59,988 nucleotides of DNA, from IMG/VR virus record IMGVR_UViG_3300030392_000341, positions 1 to 59,988 of that record; one strand, 5' to 3'. The translations under genes and the position numbers were made by a program. Below the pieces are notes generated by a model. That model made no database searches. It was not told the origin of the DNA and was given only the letters and a program-made list of their open reading frames with translations. Each line of letters opens with the position of its first letter. The stretch's first letter is position 1. Positions 9,575 through 18,760 of the stretch are shown here, piece by piece. The DNA comes from a virus (taxonomy: Duplodnaviria > Caudoviricetes).

Positions 9575-11436
9575 TATCTTCTGCCATCAGGCTGCATTGC
9601 CATCCTGACTGAACCGTATCTCCATGACGTACCTCCTGAATTAGAAGATACCTTTACCTTTGCCTGTCTTCCTCTCGCCCTGAAATCTATTTTTTGTGTA
9701 CTTTTGGTAATAGAAAATGGACCTTTGATAATTTCACTATTAACTGGAAATTCCTGTGTAGTTATATCCATTGTAATATTTCCATCGTTAATCTCAAAAT
9801 CAGGAATAACTCTATCCATGAACATCAATTCATCTCCGTCATCAATATCAAAATAAGCTGATTCAATGAAAGAAGATATTGGTTCCCCGTCTGCCGTAAA
9901 GACACTTACAGGTTCATTATCGAACAGGAAGGACTCCGTACCTGAAACTCCTGTGGTTATCGTATTATCATAAGTATGTTTGTCATCATACGTAGTCCAG
10001 ATAGCACTTCCATAAGTCCAGTAATTCTCATCTGGATTATAAATGACATAGCTGTCACATTCATTCTGTCCAGTAGAAGGATACAACCAGATAATTTCTT
10101 TAAATTCCGAATTAATTCCCGTATAAATCTTGTCGGTCTGGGAAGTATTCAAACGGTCAAAGATATAGCGTCTGACAGAACAATCCAGATTTTTTAATTG
10201 TCCATCAAAAGCATAGAAGTTATCCTTGCTCATCCAGAAAGACACACCATCATAATCTGTCGAAGCATGAGGACCAATCAAACCACAATTAGTTCCCATT
10301 TGCTGGAATCTGAAAGTAAAGGGTGGACCGACAAACTGCATCAACCAGAGAGCATTATCTGTCCAGACATTGATAGCAGTACGAGAACGAACAGCTCCCA
10401 CTATCTCCGAACCATCTGTAAGAATATTTTCCCCTGAAGTTGAACTGATGGAAGGAGTAAAATTAGTAAAATCATTTTGGTCTGCCCATCGAACTAACAT
10501 TGCATTATAAATGCCAGTAGAGAATTCTGTACTTCCTAATGAAATAAGATGTCTGTCATTGGGAGACACAATCACATAATTATTGACAGTCGGGGAAGCT
10601 GAAATTAATGCTGCTCTTGTTGCGGTTCCCTGTGAAGTATCCCATGTATATATTCTTCCTTCTCTGCGACAGGCTACTACGTCTTCTCCCCAGTTATCCA
10701 GTGTCCATTGAGTATTTCTAAAGACAATGGCAGAAGAAGTAGCAGGGTCTGACCATGCACGTTCTCCGGTAGAACTAACTCCAGCATCATAGATACCTGC
10801 ACCATAACCCAGACCCTGTGTTGCAACGGAAGTTCCTGTACGAAGATAGAATTGAGCAGTAGCTGTACCTACTCCTGTTTGAGTTGCATTAGCAGTAACC
10901 GAAGCATCAAAAGAAAACTTATCTACATTTAAAACAGAAACTTCATAAGTTCTGCTTTGTAAATCAATGGTTCCTCCAATAGTGGTAGCTGATGAGAAAG
11001 TTACGAAATCTCCTGTTTCAGCCCCATGTGACGAAGCGGAAACCGATACTCTTATTGACCCTGATTCTGTGGAAAATCCGCTATTGGTTCCATCTATCGT
11101 AACGATAGCTAAAGTGTTATCTCCAGTACTGGTTAATCCTCTGATAGGAGTAATATCAAAAAGACTATCTCCATGAAACTCATATAATTTGGCTTCTGTT
11201 CCAAACATCGCCCGTTTAAAAGTACTATTATCAGACCATGAAATTAAGTCTCTTGGTGTACCTGTCAAGACTTGACTATCTTTCTTGGCATACCCTCTAA
11301 GATTTTCCGGTCTTCCATCCCTGAATCGAACATGGTCAGTATCATACCATGCACCTTCTTCCGCATACTGCGTAGATTCTCTATGAATTCCCGGTGTAAA
11401 GTTTAACTTTACTAATTTTGCCATCGTTGAAGACAT
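9574..11436 (-). CDS. Tail nozzle / DNA-stabilisation protein (P22 gp10 / tail tubular B-like)
   Basis: 620 aa with beta-propeller-like W/D-rich repeats (DNWGEDVV, VRWADQND, NCGLIG); position in the tail module. Confidence 0.75.
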   Translation of the reverse strand: MSSTMAKLVKLNFTPGIHRESTQYAEEGAWYDTDHVRFRDGRPENLRGYAKKDSQVLTGTPRDLISWSDNSTFKRAMFGTEAKLYEFHGDSLFDITPIRGLTSTGDNTLAIVTIDGTNSGFSTESGSIRVSVSASSHGAETGDFVTFSSATTIGGTIDLQSRTYEVSVLNVDKFSFDASVTANATQTGVGTATAQFYLRTGTSVATQGLGYGAGIYDAGVSSTGERAWSDPATSSAIVFRNTQWTLDNWGEDVVACRREGRIYTWDTSQGTATRAALISASPTVNNYVIVSPNDRHLISLGSTEFSTGIYNAMLVRWADQNDFTNFTPSISSTSGENILTDGSEIVGAVRSRTAINVWTDNALWLMQFVGPPFTFRFQQMGTNCGLIGPHASTDYDGVSFWMSKDNFYAFDGQLKNLDCSVRRYIFDRLNTSQTDKIYTGINSEFKEIIWLYPSTGQNECDSYVIYNPDENYWTYGSAIWTTYDDKHTYDNTITTGVSGTESFLFDNEPVSVFTADGEPISSFIESAYFDIDDGDELMFMDRVIPDFEINDGNITMDITTQEFPVNSEIIKGPFSITKSTQKIDFRARGRQAKVKVSSNSGGTSWRYGSVRMAMQPDGRR

Positions 11437-12404
11437 TAACTATAAGCCTTTGATAGAACTGATTGTACGTCTGTTGATGTTCTTACAATATAATCTAAAC
11501 GGTCTATTGCACTAACTCCAGTAGATAGAGTAGGAGCAGTACCGCTCACAAAACTCCAGTTTGAAGCATAGGATAATGTTCTGCTTCCTGTGCCATCCTG
11601 TACGAGAAAGATAGAACCAGTTTGCCCTGCTACACAATTAGAAGGACTTTCCAATGTCCTGTTTCCTGTAAGCTGTACTTCAAAGTTCTGCCCTGTACTA
11701 AAGTCAACTCCAATAGACGTAGCATCTGTGAGGGAAACTTTATCGGCTATTGCATTGGCACTGATATGTAACTGTCCTAATGGTGCAGCTACTCCTAATC
11801 CAATCGTCGTTCCGATTATCTCTCCGCCAGCCGATACCGTACCACTAAAGGTAGCGGAAGTAGCTGATACATGCCCTCCAAAGGTAGCAGCCGATACGGA
11901 GACATGTCCTGTAAATAGTGCCGTACTGACTGTGATACTGGTAGCAGTAAGAGTATTGATAGTAGCTGTAGCAACAGAAAGATTAGCTCCGACACCCGCC
12001 CCTAATTCATAGACACTCACTCCATCACAAAGTACACATCGAATGACACTGGTATCTACTACATATCCTGAACCAGCAGCCGTTTTAAATGTAATCGTAC
12101 TGGAATTCTCTCTGACAGTCCGGTCATTAACCAAATAAAATTTACTATTACCCGGAATAATAACATTGACATCAGAACTTACTGTTCCTCGAAATTCCAA
12201 CATGGCGGAACGAGCTTCGTCGGCTGCTCCATCACTATTAGATAGTGTTAGGTCAGCAGACGATAAGGAAACTGTAGTATATGCTGCAAAAGCATCATCT
12301 ATCAGGTCAATAACATTCTGATTAAGAATAGTACCCCAACTATTAGGGTTTTCTCCATCAGCCTGTAATTCTAATCGAATCCGACTTGTATATGTAGAAG
12401 CCAT
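11436..12404 (-). CDS. Tail fibre/spike base protein
   Basis: N-terminus MASTYTSRIRLELQADGEN..WG; S/T-rich; C-terminal QDGTGSRTL...APTLST..D.L domain. Confidence 0.7.
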   Translation of the reverse strand: MASTYTSRIRLELQADGENPNSWGTILNQNVIDLIDDAFAAYTTVSLSSADLTLSNSDGAADEARSAMLEFRGTVSSDVNVIIPGNSKFYLVNDRTVRENSSTITFKTAAGSGYVVDTSVIRCVLCDGVSVYELGAGVGANLSVATATINTLTATSITVSTALFTGHVSVSAATFGGHVSATSATFSGTVSAGGEIIGTTIGLGVAAPLGQLHISANAIADKVSLTDATSIGVDFSTGQNFEVQLTGNRTLESPSNCVAGQTGSIFLVQDGTGSRTLSYASNWSFVSGTAPTLSTGVSAIDRLDYIVRTSTDVQSVLSKAYS

Positions 12405-12407
12405 CTG

Positions 12408-12821
12408 TTATTCCTCCAACTTGGGCCATTTTGCTAATTCGCTGGAATTGAATTCATCTAGCTCATCATGACTTGATAATTCATTTATAGCTTGTTCCAT
12501 TTCTTTTCCTCTATTGCGAATATTAGTCCTGTATTTTTTAATATTCTCTGGTATAGCTTCTTCTGTCTCTACATATCGAAGAATGTACCAATCTGTTTTT
12601 CGTAAGAGACTTTCTCTTTCATACTGTAATCTACTTAATTTCCTATTCTTGATATCGTCTAAAGACTTAGGTAAAGTAGGAATGAAATCTGGTACTTCTT
12701 TTAAACCGTGAGCTTCCTTCTCATCTTTGTTCCATGTATGCCAATTAGCAGGATGTTTTACGCCAGCAACATCAGTCCACGGTTGACTTTCCTTTATTAT
12801 TCTTCCACAATATTCAAACAT
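12408..12821 (-). CDS. Tail fibre assembly chaperone-like protein
   Basis: LLRKTDWYILR...YRTNIR motif of phage tail assembly chaperones. Confidence 0.65.
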   Translation of the reverse strand: MFEYCGRIIKESQPWTDVAGVKHPANWHTWNKDEKEAHGLKEVPDFIPTLPKSLDDIKNRKLSRLQYERESLLRKTDWYILRYVETEEAIPENIKKYRTNIRNRGKEMEQAINELSSHDELDEFNSSELAKWPKLEE

Positions 12822-12822
12822 C

Positions 12823-13284
12823 TTATTCTAAACCAATTTCTTCAAAAGATTTTCCTACCATGCGATTTAATCCCTTTTCTCTTAAATAAACGATAGGAGA
12901 ACCATTAATACGTACTACACAATAAAGCTCCACTAATACTTTTCCACTTAAAAAATTCTGAAAAAGATAGGAAGAAGTTACCGCATACCCTTCTTTTCCC
13001 GGTGCTCTAAAAATTCTTATATTACTTATTCTGGAATCTTCCTGTTGTAATTCTTTTAAAAACTTTTGTAATTCGGTAGGTGATAAATCTCTGTATTCCG
13101 CATTAAATTTAATTTCCAAATAAGCAGTAACTGAATCTCGTTGTACTCCATTAAGACCACAGGGATTAGCCTGATAGTTTTCTTCATAATAAGGTAACTT
13201 CTTTCCACGGTCTTCAGGGGTATCTGTCCATGCCATAGTAGAAGAAAATAATAAAAAACAACCTATAAATAAAAATCTCAACAT
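12823..13284 (-). CDS. Hypothetical protein with N-terminal signal peptide
   Basis: MLRFLFIGCFLLFSSTMA|W is signal-peptide-like; 153 aa; inserted in the tail module. Confidence 0.55.
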   Translation of the reverse strand: MLRFLFIGCFLLFSSTMAWTDTPEDRGKKLPYYEENYQANPCGLNGVQRDSVTAYLEIKFNAEYRDLSPTELQKFLKELQQEDSRISNIRIFRAPGKEGYAVTSSYLFQNFLSGKVLVELYCVVRINGSPIVYLREKGLNRMVGKSFEEIGLE

Positions 13285-14963
13285 TATTTATTAGATGCAC
13301 TTAAAGATTTAAAACCAGTAGGAGCTGTATAATAAAATTCAGAAGTAGCAGGACTAGCAAGATGTCCTTGAAAAGTAGGGTCTGCTCCAAAATTAACTCT
13401 ACCTCGTTGAGCAGTTGGGTCCAAAGGCCCTGATTGTGAATATATTAAAGGTCTGAAATATCCTGACAATGCTGGAACATCTCCTACCCCACCATCATAG
13501 GTAGCTCCAGTACCAGCAGCAGGGTCACCTGAAACAAACCATGTGCCGTTTTTACCAAACCAAGCTTTTCCAGTATCCATATTTATAGCTATCATTAAAA
13601 TAGGCCAATCAGAAGTTTCTGGATTACCTGAGTGAGAAAGAGTAGGTAAATCTTCTCTACCTCCTGTATTACCACTACTACCATTAACTTTTAAATGAGC
13701 AGTATCACCTGTTTGACCATGTGTATTTCTGTAAAATAAATTAATATTAATACCATCACTACCAGTAGCATTTGTAATATCATCTGTAGGATTAGAGATT
13801 CCAGCCCCTAGATAAAAACCATCACTTACGGCTACAGCTTCTCCATCTGCCATTGGTAGTATTTCCCAATACCATTTACCAGAATTAAATTCTGAGATAC
13901 CAGTAGCTCTCATAATAGTTGATTGACTCTCATCTGGAACAGTCCAATACATTAAACCTGCTGAATCTATAGCTGCTAGACCATGACTTACTCCCGGTGG
14001 TGCTGTAGTAGAGGATGATGAATCCTCTATATTTAAGATAGCATAATTATTTTCTGGACAGTCAGGAACAGAATCAGATAATATTATACCTACTCCTCCT
14101 GTATCAGGAGTAAAGTCGTTAGAATTTCCTGATGAATCTGTACCTAATGCAGCTAACGAACTATCATCTTCAAATTTTAACCAAAAACCATTATTACCGT
14201 AAGTGCCTGTATATGTTTTAGGCACCCAATCTCCATCACTATTTGTTTCTGCAAAATCACTTGGGGTTAATACCTGACCATCTATAAAATGAGTATCTGA
14301 TATATATCCCGGCCAGCCATATAGACTACCTGTTCCACCCGTACCATATTTAGGTTCTATCCCAATGTAAAAAGTTAAATCACTTCCTGTATCTGCATTT
14401 ATTCCTACATCAGAACCTTCCACGGGAAGAGTACTACTATTAACTGACAATAAAGAATTATCAATATATATATTAAAAGGTGCTGTTGGATAGGCATTAT
14501 CAGTATCACAAGTTATTACATAATGATACCAATTTCCTACAACAACATCTGCACTATTCCAATTAACTGTCCAATAATCAGTTATACCCGGAGTAAGAGG
14601 AGATTGAAATACAGGAGATTTACCCTCTAGAATTAGTTGTGCTGAATTATTAACGGTATGTCCTGTATCACTTGTAGGAGCAGCAGAAAGCCATGCTTTA
14701 TTAGCACTATCTTGAGGATACCCAGTTCCTCCTATACTGGATAACTTCAACCATGCACTATATGTCCATACCTTACTATCAGTAGGTGGAGTAACTCCTG
14801 TAGAAAAATCTCTATAAAGGTAAGAAAGGGCATTTTGTCCTTGAACATACTGGGCTGGTTTTTGTTTTAATTTTAGTCCTTTACCACTACCACTAGGAGT
14901 ATCACCTCCTCCATTGGAAGTGCTTCCTAATACTCCAGCCAATAATGAATTTGTAAAAACCAC
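13284..14963 (-). CDS. Tail adhesin with LamG/concanavalin-like and SPRY-like domains
   Basis: WTYSAWLK, WYHYV and GYISDTHFIDGQ (LamG-like); SGKWYWEI, AINMDTGKAWFGKNGTW and NFG (SPRY-like). Likely GTG start at 14963 (track ORF starts 14999). Confidence 0.75.
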   Translation of the reverse strand: MVFTNSLLAGVLGSTSNGGGDTPSGSGKGLKLKQKPAQYVQGQNALSYLYRDFSTGVTPPTDSKVWTYSAWLKLSSIGGTGYPQDSANKAWLSAAPTSDTGHTVNNSAQLILEGKSPVFQSPLTPGITDYWTVNWNSADVVVGNWYHYVITCDTDNAYPTAPFNIYIDNSLLSVNSSTLPVEGSDVGINADTGSDLTFYIGIEPKYGTGGTGSLYGWPGYISDTHFIDGQVLTPSDFAETNSDGDWVPKTYTGTYGNNGFWLKFEDDSSLAALGTDSSGNSNDFTPDTGGVGIILSDSVPDCPENNYAILNIEDSSSSTTAPPGVSHGLAAIDSAGLMYWTVPDESQSTIMRATGISEFNSGKWYWEILPMADGEAVAVSDGFYLGAGISNPTDDITNATGSDGININLFYRNTHGQTGDTAHLKVNGSSGNTGGREDLPTLSHSGNPETSDWPILMIAINMDTGKAWFGKNGTWFVSGDPAAGTGATYDGGVGDVPALSGYFRPLIYSQSGPLDPTAQRGRVNFGADPTFQGHLASPATSEFYYTAPTGFKSLSASNK

Positions 14964-14977
14964 TAACTCATCCTTTT

Positions 14978-15412
14978 CTATGCGGGTACAGAAGGCCATA
15001 CAACATTGTGAATATCCACAGTAGTAGGCATATCTCTAAGAGTTTTACGATATGTTTTCCATTCTTCTTTTTTGGCATCTGATAAAGGACAATCCGAACC
15101 TTGTGTCCAATCAGATGTACTTAGAAATCTATTTCGTTGCGTTCTTAAAATTTCCCAATTTTTGGTTATTTCTTCTGCATTTTTTTCACGTAACTGTTGT
15201 ACAATTATTACTTTATCTGATTCAATAGTTATTTTATCTTCTCCTCTAACTTTTGAACCATTAGGAGTTACTTCAATAAGTTCAATAGGTAACCAGCCTA
15301 ATTCTTTTAACTCTGACTTAGTACCAAGATTAAGCCCACTAACATTTTTCCATGCCGTTGGAAGAGTTTTTACTCGTTTAATTATTTCATTATTTTCAAC
15401 TAAAGCATACAT
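14978..15412 (-). CDS. Phage tail assembly chaperone
   Basis: LRTQRNRFLSTSDWTQ..DCPLS...WKTYRKTLRDMP...VWP motif. Confidence 0.8.
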   Translation of the reverse strand: MYALVENNEIIKRVKTLPTAWKNVSGLNLGTKSELKELGWLPIELIEVTPNGSKVRGEDKITIESDKVIIVQQLREKNAEEITKNWEILRTQRNRFLSTSDWTQGSDCPLSDAKKEEWKTYRKTLRDMPTTVDIHNVVWPSVPA

Positions 15413-15416
15413 TTTA

Positions 15417-16172
15417 TCACCATTCCATGTCGTATTTTCCAGCGAGATAGCATTTCGTCTGCGTCAGAGCATCGCCCGTCAGAGGAGATGTGTAACAAAT
15501 GATTTCAGCAATATCTCCTCTGAATGGATAAGATGCTCCCGTGGTTCCTCGCCCAGCAATCCGTATTCCATGAGACAACCAGCTACCACTATAGTAATTC
15601 ACATTACTGCCGTAGTCGTCTTCAGCGCCATCAATTCCACGAAGTATCAAATTGCTTGTACCACCAATACCTTGCCCCAATTGAAACATTCCTGGTGTAC
15701 TTAGAGCAAGACTGACTTCAACGTGTTGGTCGCCTCCTTTGTATAGACCGCTTGTCTGAGGGCCGAACCACCAATACCCACTAGTATCACCAAACATGTA
15801 ATTGTATGCCCCAGCAAAAGTAGCCATCCCTACAAACCACCACTCAAATTCTGTGGCGGTCATAATGTCTCCCATCGTTTCACCAGATAATTCGTAGAGG
15901 GAACTGCCCGGAAAGTTGAGAGTCGGCTTACCATTAAAATTACTATCGGTAGCATCTAATGTAGCGTAGTTAAGAGAAGCTGCTAATTTTGTTGCATCAA
16001 AGCCGCTACTAGATTTGTCATTCCACTGTGTAACATCCGTTCCAGATAAAGTTACATCATCACCCGCAAACCACAGTATTGGGGTTCCTCCGGGTGTAGT
16101 TGGGTACGGTAGAGGACAGTCTGAGGTAGCAACTCCAGCAGCACCCATCATTCCGGTTAAAATATTAGTCAT
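15417..16172 (-). CDS. Tail-associated LamG-like lectin-fold protein
   Basis: LWFAGDD, VTQWNDKS and FRGDIAEIICY...YLAGKY motifs. Confidence 0.7.
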   Translation of the reverse strand: MTNILTGMMGAAGVATSDCPLPYPTTPGGTPILWFAGDDVTLSGTDVTQWNDKSSSGFDATKLAASLNYATLDATDSNFNGKPTLNFPGSSLYELSGETMGDIMTATEFEWWFVGMATFAGAYNYMFGDTSGYWWFGPQTSGLYKGGDQHVEVSLALSTPGMFQLGQGIGGTSNLILRGIDGAEDDYGSNVNYYSGSWLSHGIRIAGRGTTGASYPFRGDIAEIICYTSPLTGDALTQTKCYLAGKYDMEW

Positions 16173-16693
16173 GAACTATTTGTACTTGACACCATCCCGT
16201 GCCAAATCGTCCCGCCGTCAACGGTGAAGAAAACTAAAATATCAACTCCTGAAGCCGTCAAGGTTGGAGCCGTTGCTGCAGCCCAATCCACTGTTCCCGG
16301 CCAAGTAACTGTTTGGCTACCGCCGTTGGTCAATACAAGAGTGAATCCACAGAACTCATCCGAAGCTGTTGGGTTACTGAACGTGAACGTATTACCACTT
16401 GTATCTACCGTAGCTGAAACACTGTTCCCTAAAGTTAAATCGATATCCTGTGTGCCACCACCAGTAGAACCAATTGCATTGGTTATGATGCCATAATCAA
16501 TGAGATTAACACGACCAACTTGGTTATCTGCACCAGCAATAGCAGCGGCCAACGTCTGTATACCGGAAGCTGTAAACGTACCCGTAATGGCAGTGTTGTC
16601 TCCAATCGCTACGGTTCCAGTACCGTTTCCCTGTATCGTGACATCCCCATCAGTAGTCGAGGCTGTCAGTGTGTCGGCTTTTAAAGTACTCAT
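16169..16693 (-). CDS. Tail fibre module 3 (MSTLK-type N-terminus, adaptor-like C-terminus)
   Basis: N-terminus shared with 16934 and 17966; C-terminus LTNGGSQTVTWP...APTLTASG.D resembles that of 11436..12404. Confidence 0.7.
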   Translation of the reverse strand: MSTLKADTLTASTTDGDVTIQGNGTGTVAIGDNTAITGTFTASGIQTLAAAIAGADNQVGRVNLIDYGIITNAIGSTGGGTQDIDLTLGNSVSATVDTSGNTFTFSNPTASDEFCGFTLVLTNGGSQTVTWPGTVDWAAATAPTLTASGVDILVFFTVDGGTIWHGMVSSTNSS

Positions 16694-16941
16694 TTCGGAA
16701 ACCTCTCTTTAATCTCAGCTACTTTAGCGGCCCAAGTTCCAACGGGAACTTCTCCTCGTTCTTCCTCCAGATGGAGATGGTCAGCTTCTGCTACATAAGC
16801 TGCACGACGATTGTTTTGAACTTCCGCTGCCGCCCTAGATGCTGCGCCATCCGCCCAAGCCTGTTCCTCTGCATCTCGAACAGCTTCTTCTTCTGGTGTA
16901 AACCAAACTTTCTCATTGTTAATCATATGATGTCTAGGCAT
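16690..16941 (-). CDS. Small tail-fibre chaperone-like protein (paralog B)
   Basis: 83 aa, paralog of 17722..17973; both end GTWAAKVAEIKERFPK. Confidence 0.7.
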   Translation of the reverse strand: MPRHHMINNEKVWFTPEEEAVRDAEEQAWADGAASRAAAEVQNNRRAAYVAEADHLHLEEERGEVPVGTWAAKVAEIKERFPK

Positions 16942-17725
16942 GAGACAACCCCCATAAGTCTATAGTACCTACAGATACGTTACCTGAAGAGTAATAAAAT
17001 TGAACTTGGGTCATTACAAAAGAGGCAACTTTATATATTCCAGATACCCAACCTCCAACGGAACCACCGGACGTATGTCCCAACGCCATGTTTCCGTCAA
17101 AAGAGACAGTATCTCCAGTTCTACCAATAAAAACAGTGCCACCACCAATTTCTCCAGTAGCGTTTCCGACATAAGAGGTCAACTGTAGGGCAGTCGTTGG
17201 ATTACCAGCAGCGCCATCATACGCATATGTATTGCTCGTCTGTTTACCAGTGTTCCAATAATAAAGGCTGTCAGATTTAATTCCACCAGAGTCACCTACA
17301 CGTAGGTTAGCATCTTTGTTGTCAGAAGCTGGTTGCATCCCTGTCATACGCAAACAGTAGGTTCTATATGTCGTATCTATACCTGTAATAGTTAACGTCG
17401 CTGTATCACTAGCTGTGGCTGAACCAATTAAATTCCAAGCACCACCACCAGCAGCAGCTTGAAACGTCGGTGCTGCTCCTGCGCCGTTACTAGTAAGTAC
17501 ATGAGTGGCCGTTCCAACAGCCACCGTCGCTGGGTCACCGCTTGCGTCCCATGTAATTAGCTCGCCATCGGTTCCAGTACGAAGGTTATTAATGGGAAGG
17601 CCAGCAGAGCCGCCTACCTTGAAACCAGTTGCGATATCAGGAACGCCTGAACCTTTGCCTGACAAATCCAAGTCTGTGTTGGTCCCTGTGGCAGCGGTAA
17701 TTGCGTCAGTTTTTAATGTACTCAT
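16934..17725 (-). CDS. Tail fibre module 2
   Basis: 263 aa, paralog of 17966..18760; shares GTDGELITWDASGDPATVAVGTATH.LTSNGAGAAPTFQAAAGGG. Confidence 0.75.
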   Translation of the reverse strand: MSTLKTDAITAATGTNTDLDLSGKGSGVPDIATGFKVGGSAGLPINNLRTGTDGELITWDASGDPATVAVGTATHVLTSNGAGAAPTFQAAAGGGAWNLIGSATASDTATLTITGIDTTYRTYCLRMTGMQPASDNKDANLRVGDSGGIKSDSLYYWNTGKQTSNTYAYDGAAGNPTTALQLTSYVGNATGEIGGGTVFIGRTGDTVSFDGNMALGHTSGGSVGGWVSGIYKVASFVMTQVQFYYSSGNVSVGTIDLWGLSHA

Positions 17726-17973
17726 TTCGGGAACCTCTCTTTAATCTCAGCTACTTTAGCGGCCCAAGTGCCTTCTGGAACTTCCCCTCGTTGTTCTTCA
17801 AAAAAAAGACGGTCGGTTTCCGATTCGTAATATCCACGGCGCTCATCCTGAATAGCTTTAGCTGCTCTGGCATCTGCACCAGCAAAGCTAGCAGCTTCTT
17901 CTTCCTCATAACGTCTTTCTTCTTCAGGGGTAAACTGGATTTTTACGTTGTTAACATTGTGATATCTAGGCAT
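17722..17973 (-). CDS. Small tail-fibre chaperone-like protein (paralog A)
   Basis: 83 aa, paralog of 16690..16941. Confidence 0.7.
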   Translation of the reverse strand: MPRYHNVNNVKIQFTPEEERRYEEEEAASFAGADARAAKAIQDERRGYYESETDRLFFEEQRGEVPEGTWAAKVAEIKERFPK

Positions 17974-18760
17974 GAGCTATTCCCCAAAGAGTCATTCGTC
18001 CAGTTTTAATATTCCCGGTATTTGTTGTTAATTGTACTTGTGTAAGGACAAATGACGAATCTTTATACCAAATTCCACAGTAACCAGTGCGAATTGTACC
18101 ATCGTTTTTTTGATAAGTCAGAGTTCCATTAATAAGGCAATTTTGTCCTGTTCGATGAACCCATAAATTCGCTGAGGCACTTTCATCCGCAGCATTACCA
18201 AAGTTGTCAAACATAAGTGCGGAACTACCGGGATTATCGACAGCCGCATCGTGAGTTGCAGCCGTTGTGCCGTTTTTTGAAATGTTAGCGTAGTAAAGGG
18301 AATCTGTTTTAATCCCCCCTGAGTCTCCGACTCGAAACCAAGTCTGATTACCATCAGCAGCCATTGTTAGATTTGTCATAGAAACATGGTACACATCATA
18401 AGTCGTATCTATTCCTGAAAGACCCAATGTTGATGTAGAATCATCAGCCACCGCTGTTGCGATAAAGTTCCAAGCACCACCACCACCAGCAGCGGCCTGA
18501 AACGTAGGGGCTGCTCCAGCGCCATTACTGGTTAATATATGAGTGGCAGTGCCAACGGCTACTGTTGCAGGGTCACCAGAAGCGTCCCAAGTGATTAACT
18601 CACCATCGGTTCCCACCTGTAATCCAGAGATAGGAACACCCGCAGTCCCTCCAACCTTAAAACCAGCTTCCAGATTAGGAACGCCTGTACCGCCGCCCGT
18701 GATGGTTAAATCTGTGTTGTCAGATTTAGTTGTGACGGTATCCGCTTTTAAAGTACTCAT
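17966..18760 (-). CDS. Tail fibre module 1
   Basis: 264 aa with an MSTLKAD N-terminus; paralog of 16934..17725. Confidence 0.75.
   Translation of the reverse strand: MSTLKADTVTTKSDNTDLTITGGGTGVPNLEAGFKVGGTAGVPISGLQVGTDGELITWDASGDPATVAVGTATHILTSNGAGAAPTFQAAAGGGGAWNFIATAVADDSTSTLGLSGIDTTYDVYHVSMTNLTMAADGNQTWFRVGDSGGIKTDSLYYANISKNGTTAATHDAAVDNPGSSALMFDNFGNAADESASANLWVHRTGQNCLINGTLTYQKNDGTIRTGYCGIWYKDSSFVLTQVQLTTNTGNIKTGRMTLWGIAHA

Larger units (their letters stand above)
16686..17769. repeat. 52-bp direct repeat (16686-16737 and 17718-17769) at tail cassette junctions, 1032-bp period
   Basis: gtactcatttcgg(a/g)aacctctctttaatctcagctactttagcggcccaagt, one mismatch. Confidence 0.9.
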
